DNA of 64,000 bases. Source: an uncultured Nitrososphaerales archaeon. GTDB taxonomy: Archaea; Thermoproteota; Nitrososphaeria; Nitrososphaerales; Nitrososphaeraceae. The stretch lies in the NCBI GenBank assembly GCA_963709405.1, contig CAVPXM010000042.1, positions 1 to 64,000 on the forward strand, read 5' to 3'. Made by a program: the position numbers and the translations under genes. The notes below the pieces were generated by a model, which was not told where the DNA came from, ran no database searches, and saw nothing but the letters and a program-made list of their open reading frames with translations. Positions 57,214 through 64,000 of this stretch are shown in pieces. The number at the start of each line of letters is the position of its first letter. Within the stretch, counting starts at the first letter, position 1.

Positions 57214-58326
57214 TTATGGGATAATTACTCCCCTGCCATCAATCATTCCGGATCTGAGTAAGTCTATTGCTTTATTCACATCATTTAAGGAGAACTTATG
57301 AATATTGTGCTTTATCTTGTGTTGTTTTGCTAATTCTATAACTTCGCGCAACTCATTATAATTCCCCCATAGAGAACACCGTACCTGATATTCATTAATT
57401 ACAGATTGAACAAGAGGCATCTTTATTTGATTACCAAACAGACCTACTACTACCAACACACCGCCTTTGCTTAGAATTCTTATAGAATCTCTTATTGTCT
57501 CTTCAGCACCAACACAATCAATTACGACATTGACACCTTGGCCCTCTGTCATTCTAAATACTTCGCTTTTTATGTCTTGTGACTTTTTTGAATTTACCAC
57601 ATAATCAGCCCCTCCAACTTTTTCTACAAGCTGAAGTTTCTCATCACTATGATCAACAGCTATAGTATATGAATTTGGCGCCAACAATCTTGCATATTGC
57701 AATCCATACAACCCAAGACCTCCCATACCAAATACTGCTATGCTAGTTCCAGGTTCAAGCAAATGCCTAACCTTTTTAATTGCTCTATAAGGAGTTAAGC
57801 CAGCGTCAGTTAGAGGCGCTAATTCTTCTGGCCTTAAGCCATATCTTTCATCAATTTTTATCAGAAATCGATACGAAGGTACTAGAATATTCTCAGCGAA
57901 ACCACCGTCAAATGAAGATAGACCTGGCCATGCTGCAAAGGTGCATAATTGCTCATCTCCTGCCTTGCAATGAATACAAATTCCACACCCCCATCCACCA
58001 AATACTACTACTAGGTCTCCTTCGTTTAGAACTCCTTGTGGAACTGAATCACCAATTTCTTCTATCCATCCAGCTACTTCATGTCCTGGAGTAATAGGTA
58101 GCTGAACTGGAATTGCATCTTTCCATTCTCCGTTTATAAGGTGAAGATCGCTGTGGCATAATCCTGCTGCTCCTACCTTCAGTAACACTTGTTCTCCTCT
58201 AGTAACTCTAGGTTTTGGAATTGTATCTAATATTAGGGATTTTTGATATTCGTAGATTCTGGCAGATAAAATCATCTCTGTGTTGGGATTGTTTGTTATA
58301 TCTTTGTCGGCCATACTTGCTATCAT
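57214..58326 (-). CDS. Zn-dependent NAD(P) alcohol dehydrogenase
   Basis: CHSD, GHE, CGICIHC...C and GMGGLG. Confidence 0.93.
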   Translation of the reverse strand: MIASMADKDITNNPNTEMILSARIYEYQKSLILDTIPKPRVTRGEQVLLKVGAAGLCHSDLHLINGEWKDAIPVQLPITPGHEVAGWIEEIGDSVPQGVLNEGDLVVVFGGWGCGICIHCKAGDEQLCTFAAWPGLSSFDGGFAENILVPSYRFLIKIDERYGLRPEELAPLTDAGLTPYRAIKKVRHLLEPGTSIAVFGMGGLGLYGLQYARLLAPNSYTIAVDHSDEKLQLVEKVGGADYVVNSKKSQDIKSEVFRMTEGQGVNVVIDCVGAEETIRDSIRILSKGGVLVVVGLFGNQIKMPLVQSVINEYQVRCSLWGNYNELREVIELAKQHKIKHNIHKFSLNDVNKAIDLLRSGMIDGRGVIIP

Positions 58327-58714
58327 TATGGCAAATACAATGATCTCGTGCTATTTTAAGAATAGGGGTACATTGTCGTGCAGTTGAGATATATGAATAT
58401 AGCAGTGGTAGTACTCGCTGCTCATCTATAGAATAGAAATGAAATATTATGATCACATAGCGCTATAAGATTATTACTTTCCTACGTCATCGATACATTA
58501 ATTTGAGTTTTGAAGTCATCGAGGTGTTACTCACATTATTATCAATGATTTTCTAATAATTAATTCAAAATATATAGAGGTCTTTATCATCATGTAGGAA
58601 TAAAGATTGTATTCTAACATGAAACTAGTAAGTTGAAAGAAACAAATGAAAAAAGATGTATTGTACAGGCTTATTAGCTTTGACTCTGCATGCTATCTAC
58701 TGTGTAAATGCAGG

Positions 58715-59242
58715 TTATTTTATTTCAACCTTAGTGGTCTCTTCTGATGGTTTGGTGGGCGTCGTTTTCGGAAGATCCACTACTAATACACCATTGCTCA
58801 TTTTAGCAGAAACCTTTGAGGGAACTATTTCTTCTGGAATTGGAATTCGTCGACTAAATGATCTATATGATCGCTCATTATATACATAATTCTTGCCTTT
58901 ATCTTCAGTCCTTTCAGATTGTTCTCCGGTAATCTCAAGAGAATTCTTCGTTGCCCTGACATTTACTTTTTCCTTTTCAATCCCTGGTACTTCTAGTTGG
59001 ACCTCATATTTGTCTCCCTTATCTACCATATCGCATAGAGGCACACGCTCCTCTCCCATTACGTCTAGTCCAAGCGGAATACGCCAATCAGTAAAGGAAT
59101 AAGGCAATATTGGAGAAAACATGTTTTCCATTTCTCTTCTAAAGTTCTCAAAGATGTCGTCCATTCTTGGTCCCGGTCTTCTTGGCATTATAGCTCGACT
59201 TCTTGCCTTATCGGTAGTACCTGATTTTTCAGACGCTGACAT
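58715..59242 (-). CDS. Small heat-shock protein (Hsp20)
   Basis: EVPG..KE, ERSYRSFSRRIPIP and NGVLVVDLPK. Confidence 0.93.
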   Translation of the reverse strand: MSASEKSGTTDKARSRAIMPRRPGPRMDDIFENFRREMENMFSPILPYSFTDWRIPLGLDVMGEERVPLCDMVDKGDKYEVQLEVPGIEKEKVNVRATKNSLEITGEQSERTEDKGKNYVYNERSYRSFSRRIPIPEEIVPSKVSAKMSNGVLVVDLPKTTPTKPSEETTKVEIK

Positions 59243-59613
59243 AATATAATCTATGAATCATTTATATATTAAGAGTTTGACTGCAGTGCGTTGTAATGAC
59301 GTAATGCAATATATCTAATTCTTGTCTCTATCAGATACAAGTAACGAATGCATTCGTAAGGCTTGAGAATTAACTTTCTAACTATTGATCGTAGATTTTA
59401 GGACCATTTTGCAGTCAATAGAACTGCCACGATTGAAGGTCTAATGATAAAAAAAGATGCAAACTGCATTTATATTGTTCAAGATATCTTCATTTATAGA
59501 TTCCAGAATAGCAAACCCTTATGGTTTTTCTTTTCATTACCTATTATCTATTTACATATAGCCTAGGTCTAATAATATTACTACGACTGCTTGATTCTGA
59601 ATCGAAGATATTC

Positions 59614-60063
59614 TTATGTGACTGTTACTGCAGTTGAGCCACATCTAGGACATGCTCTTTCTTTATGTTCTTTACCACAGTTCATACAATAGAACTTAAG
59701 TGGGCTGTAACTATACTCTGCTGGGCCAGAGAATCTATTACCAGCACGAAAAGCTGAGGATAATGATTTGTATAGTTCTTTTACTCCACCGGGCACACCA
59801 GATCTTCGCAGATTACGGTCCACTCTTAGTGCATTAATCAACAAGAACATAAGCAAATAGACTACAAATGAAATTGGAAATGGAATAGTAAGAGAAATAA
59901 CAATACCTATAACTATAAAGATAAAGAACCATTTCAAGTAGCTACGATCTATCCTATTATTACCATCATTGCTATTGCTATTATTCCTTAGAGTATTCAT
60001 ATCCCATGATATATAAACACAACAATTGAATAAACACTTTGAACACACATTCTTGCAGTGCAA
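59614..60063 (-). CDS. Two-TM protein with C-terminal Zn ribbon (true start probably ~60000)
   Basis: CMNCG...CPRCG. Confidence 0.7.
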   Translation of the reverse strand: MHCKNVCSKCLFNCCVYISWDMNTLRNNSNSNDGNNRIDRSYLKWFFIFIVIGIVISLTIPFPISFVVYLLMFLLINALRVDRNLRRSGVPGGVKELYKSLSSAFRAGNRFSGPAEYSYSPLKFYCMNCGKEHKERACPRCGSTAVTVT

Positions 60064-60542
60064 GTGGTCCCGTTAACCTAATGTGATAGCTAGTAGGTAT
60101 CGCTAGCGATTTCATGCTTGGAGTAGGAGCAATCCTTCCTATAGAATTCCTCAAGTTAACAGCATCATGCAAGGCGATTATTAATCTTAATACGAACTAT
60201 CTATTCAGATTTTTCAGATAGCCACTCAAATTATTCTTTTTTAGAAAGAACAGTATGCAGAATAACGCCAGTAAATCAGTATTATCGAACATTACTGCTG
60301 TATAGAATGGTAACTACGGATGATGAAATATCTAGAAATACTGTATACATATAAAAGATAACGAAACTTCAGTTAATAAAACATAATAAGACTACAATAT
60401 TAACTGCCAAGGATTAGGTAATCCTATACCGAAGTAAATTCTATAGCCGATCGTTATGGCTTCTAGATTTATGCGTTAATTTGACTATTACTCTTGTTTT
60501 CTTGGTTTCTTCAAACATTACATTGAACACGGATGGGACGTA

Positions 60543-60992
60543 CTAGAACGTAGTAATCCCGCTGGCTCTTAACACTACTTTAAATATATCTTTATCTGTA
60601 ATTATTCCATTCATTTTTTTCTCTTTATTATCTACTATGGGTAATCTTCGAATATTGTTCGAATGCATAGTTGATAATGCGTCACTTATTTGCGTATCTG
60701 AAGTTACAGTTATCAGATCTCTATTACCTTTGTTACTCATTAATTCCCTAAGGGGACTTTGAGTTGAAAAAAGTTCAACTTTTCCTATCTGATTTATTAT
60801 GTCTCGTTCAGTAATTATATCGATTGGTATTAAACCGTCTACAACTCTTTTAACTATGACTACGCTTCCTATGTTATTCTCGTACATTGTTCTACATATA
60901 GATTGAATAGTTTGATCTACAGTAGCAGTTACTACATTCTTTGTCATATATTTGGAAACAGGTATTTTGTCTAAGTTCTCTATTTTGCTCAT
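60543..60992 (-). CDS. CBS-pair protein
   Basis: YMTKNVVT, IITERDI, RRLPIVD and GIITDKD. Confidence 0.92.
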   Translation of the reverse strand: MSKIENLDKIPVSKYMTKNVVTATVDQTIQSICRTMYENNIGSVVIVKRVVDGLIPIDIITERDIINQIGKVELFSTQSPLRELMSNKGNRDLITVTSDTQISDALSTMHSNNIRRLPIVDNKEKKMNGIITDKDIFKVVLRASGITTF

Positions 60993-61594
60993 TGAGTTAA
61001 GTGTGGATAAAGAAATTTAATCATATATTAGTATCTAGAAATTGTGCATATCTATCCTGATTACTAATGTCTGAGATTATATGATTACTGGTGGTGGTAT
61101 TATAAAATTTAACAACCAATGATGAAGATGTCCCTCTATTTTAAGTAATTTACTAGCATACGGATACCAATACCATTGGTCTATTAATATCTGGTGTTTT
61201 CCATACTGGTTTATTAGATTCTGAAACAAATACTCTGCAACGATCATGATTCTTTCTACTAAAAGATAGATATCAAGAATAAATTTATTTTTAGATTCGC
61301 TTGCAATTCAGATCTAGAAATAATTATTGCTTACTTTAATTTATAATTCATGAATCATAAATACAAGAGTTCTCATTTTATAGGATTTTTGAACAATCTT
61401 TTAATAGAGAGAGAATGCTCTTTCTGTCACCCGTCTTTCACTTAAACATTTATTGTGAAAAGATATGTTTTGCAGAATACAACAGTTGACTAAGCGAGTT
61501 ATGAATACAACTTTCGCTTAATACTTCTACACTTATCTTAAACATAGTGTTCATTTACTCATCAATAGAACTATTTTTCGTGATTGCTAATTGC

Positions 61595-62000
61595 TCAACT
61601 GATAACAGCATTCGAGAAGATGTTGCTATGATGTCTACTCGCAATTAAATTTAACCTCCTTTCTCCCTTCACGACTTTCATGTAGATATTGGCATGTTCT
61701 CGAGCAACAAACTCCCAGTCAAGTTTTCCCTTAAAATTGTCAACTGCTTGTTTGTATGTGGAATAATTCCTACCGAGCGTTTCAAGTGCGTTTGAAAATT
61801 CTTTTGGATCCCAATTTCTCACCGATATGCCTAAATTATGGGTCTGCAAATTCTTTAAAGAATGGCAAATTAGATCCTACAAATGGTAGCCTATGAGCCA
61901 GTGCATCAAACATTACTCCAGAAGATGAACAAACTTTGTATGGAATGATGATAGCATCAGCGGCATACATTAAGAGTGATAGATCGCTTTCAGCACAACA
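61595..62000 (-). pseudogene. GT-B (family 4) glycosyltransferase C-terminal fragment
   Basis: AADAIIIPY..SSGVMFDALAH.LPFV, then LDWEFVA. Confidence 0.75.
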
Positions 62001-62676
62001 GCTTTACCCATCAATAAACACAGGAGACTAATTAATCTAAGCTCAATAACGAACTTCTTTAGCAGTCACAGATTATCGGACTGTCAAATCCAGCATAATT
62101 ATATCGGAAAAAATGCTTCTAAATACGATATGTACGATACCACATTATAAGTATTATTGAAAACGCTGCGTGCTAGATGCAGATTGACGCCTCGATATAA
62201 TGAAGGGATATACGTTTCTGTCAAGAGGCCAATAATAATTCTATAAATAAGAATTATGTTGGAAAAGCTTATAAATTTGACTTTAGGCTAGTGCAGATCT
62301 GAATGTATTATCATCAAATAGGATATTCATCCTAACAAATCCAACGACTGACACTGTTGATACGAAGTTGGTTAAGTTTGTTGGATTGGATTTAAAGTCT
62401 AAGCAGACCTTGAGATGTTCATTTACAAGTTTAGCGGCTCTAAATGCAGAGGACGGAAATGTTGCGTCCAAAAACAAGTGATATTTCTTTAGGCCTTCTG
62501 GAGGATATGAGTTGCTTGCGGTCCAGTAGCGTCATCGTGTATTAATGAATTCTTATCTATAATATTTGGCACATGGCGCGGCTAATGATAGAAATACACA
62601 TAAATCTTTTATCATCATACCGAGGCCATCAGTCTATGCATCTTCCTAACATAGGTGACATTATAGCTAACTATAT

Positions 62677-62976
62677 GTGAACGAATATTGTAAGTCTAAA
62701 GCAGACGGTGGCGTATGCAAGAAGAGTATGTTTGTGGGAATGGACGTTCACAAGAACTATCTACAGGTCGCTGTTCTGGACGAAAAAGGAAAGGTACTGG
62801 ATAATTCTAGAGTAGACAATAACTTGACCAAGGTGAACGAATTCTTCGATACTCTTCATCCCAGCAGTAATACCAAGGTAGTAATGGAATCATCTGGTAT
62901 GTGGTACAACATTTATGAATGCTTGAGAAAGAGACACCTAGTGATTCTGTACCCAGGACCAGCTGGGCAGCTTTAG
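62677..62976 (+). mobile_element. IS110-family transposase N-terminal fragment
   Basis: FVGMDVHK...VAVLD..G...VVMESSG (RuvC-like DEDD start); truncated near 62940. Confidence 0.85.
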
Positions 62977-63689
62977 GCCAGTTTTAAGAACTAGGACTCT
63001 AAGAACTAAGAACCGAAGGTATACGGTGACTTTCTTGCAAGATATATTCACTTTTTTACAATTCTATGGAATATCACGTTCAATTTAAGCCAAGGAAAAC
63101 TTAATTTCTTGACATTATTGGTGAATTCGCAAAGATTATAGTCTGTCGCCATAAGAGGTTACTATGAGACAGTAACAATAAAGCTACCTCCATTATAGCC
63201 CTAACATACATAATAACCTCAAGCATCTTGATTTGGGCAACATGTTCCTCAATAGGGTTCATCCTATCAACATATTTCAAACACACGAAAAATGTAATGG
63301 ATATTTCTTCCGTTCTAACAATTATCGTTGCTATTTTTCAGCCAGTTTTTATTCAATAGGCATAGTCCCCCTAGATTGTGTTATATAACCTGTGCAATGC
63401 CTACTACCAACGCGTCCCTATTGATATAACATCGATTGGATTCCAGACTCCAATGGGTTGATCAGTCGATGTTTCCTTATTTATACAAACTGCATATACT
63501 TACACACTCAAAATCCTGGCAGAAGCCGAGTCTGTTTGGAGAGAAATTGAATTATTCGATATTCAGTAAGAGTACGAATTTAATATGTGGTTGCAACAGT
63601 GAGCGTCATCCATAGATGAAGATTATTAATATAAATGCTGACTAGATCATCCAATATACTATTAAGTGAGAGTACACGCGATATAATAA

Positions 63690-64000
63690 ATGACATCGAC
63701 AATAGATAATGAATTAAATGCTACCTTTGAGGATATCATAAATGACATACTTATTCACGATAATGTCATGTTCTCAGTAAGAAGCGGTGGCGCTGTATGC
63801 GAAGTGAATGCCGAAAAGAATTTGCCTTTGCGTGTTCGTGAATCATATGCAACAATAGGCGACGAAACCAGACCTTGACACATACATGTTAATCTTAGCG
63901 ATACCAAAGAAGCAAAGTTTGTAACAGAGAATAAAACTGGTGGCAAAAATAGCTATAGCATAAGGTTCTTTGATTCAGAAGGGAATTTAGTATTACGAGC
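63690..64000 (+). pseudogene. HutX/ChuX-like protein with in-frame TGA, runs off the window
   Basis: SVRSGGAVCE...RP*HIHVNL...AKFV...SYSIRFFDSEG; TGA at 63876-63878 where Trp would fit. Confidence 0.5.

Noticed and set aside
46560-61100. Shared operator upstream of usp, pgk, pyk, adh, hsp20 and CBS
   Set aside because: An ATTACAAT/ATTGTAAT palindrome precedes usp, but I found no convincing common motif at the others
63876-63878. Selenocysteine recoding of the in-frame TGA
   Set aside because: Context fits TGG (Trp) mutated or miscalled; no support for Sec machinery here

Overview
AT-rich archaeal DNA whose gene families (TBP paralogue, cupredoxins, DUF6293 regulator, small Zn-ribbon proteins, IS6/IS5/IS1595/IS110 elements) point to a soil ammonia-oxidising archaeon (Nitrososphaeraceae); this placement is inferred from recognition, not from a search. 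The window is almost all accessory, heavily decayed DNA, with no rRNA, tRNA or CRISPR array that I can see. Main blocks: (1) 0.1-13 kb, a tyrosine integrase followed by small, secreted and pseudogenised ORFs, an unannotated Cys-rich micropeptide and a MITE-like element; (2) 12.8-15.9 kb, a DUF4231/SLATT 2TM gene plus a class III nucleotide cyclase-receiver gene cut by an IS1595 with clear TIRs and TSD; (3) 19.4-34 kb, a decayed integrative element bracketed by ~260-bp inverted duplicates, holding cas8/cas3 remnants, a helicase-like replication ORF, a family B DNA polymerase split by a 1000-bp IS5, and a DPPY methyltransferase; (4) 38-46.5 kb, a candidate defence or repair island: truncated TBP, ASCH, a two-gene Dna2-like Fe-S nuclease plus SF1B helicase, and a divergent CARF-like DUF6293 regulator; (5) 53-61 kb, bacterial-type pgk, pyruvate kinase, Zn-ADH, Hsp20 and a CBS protein. 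Several frameshifts lie in homopolymers and may be sequencing errors.
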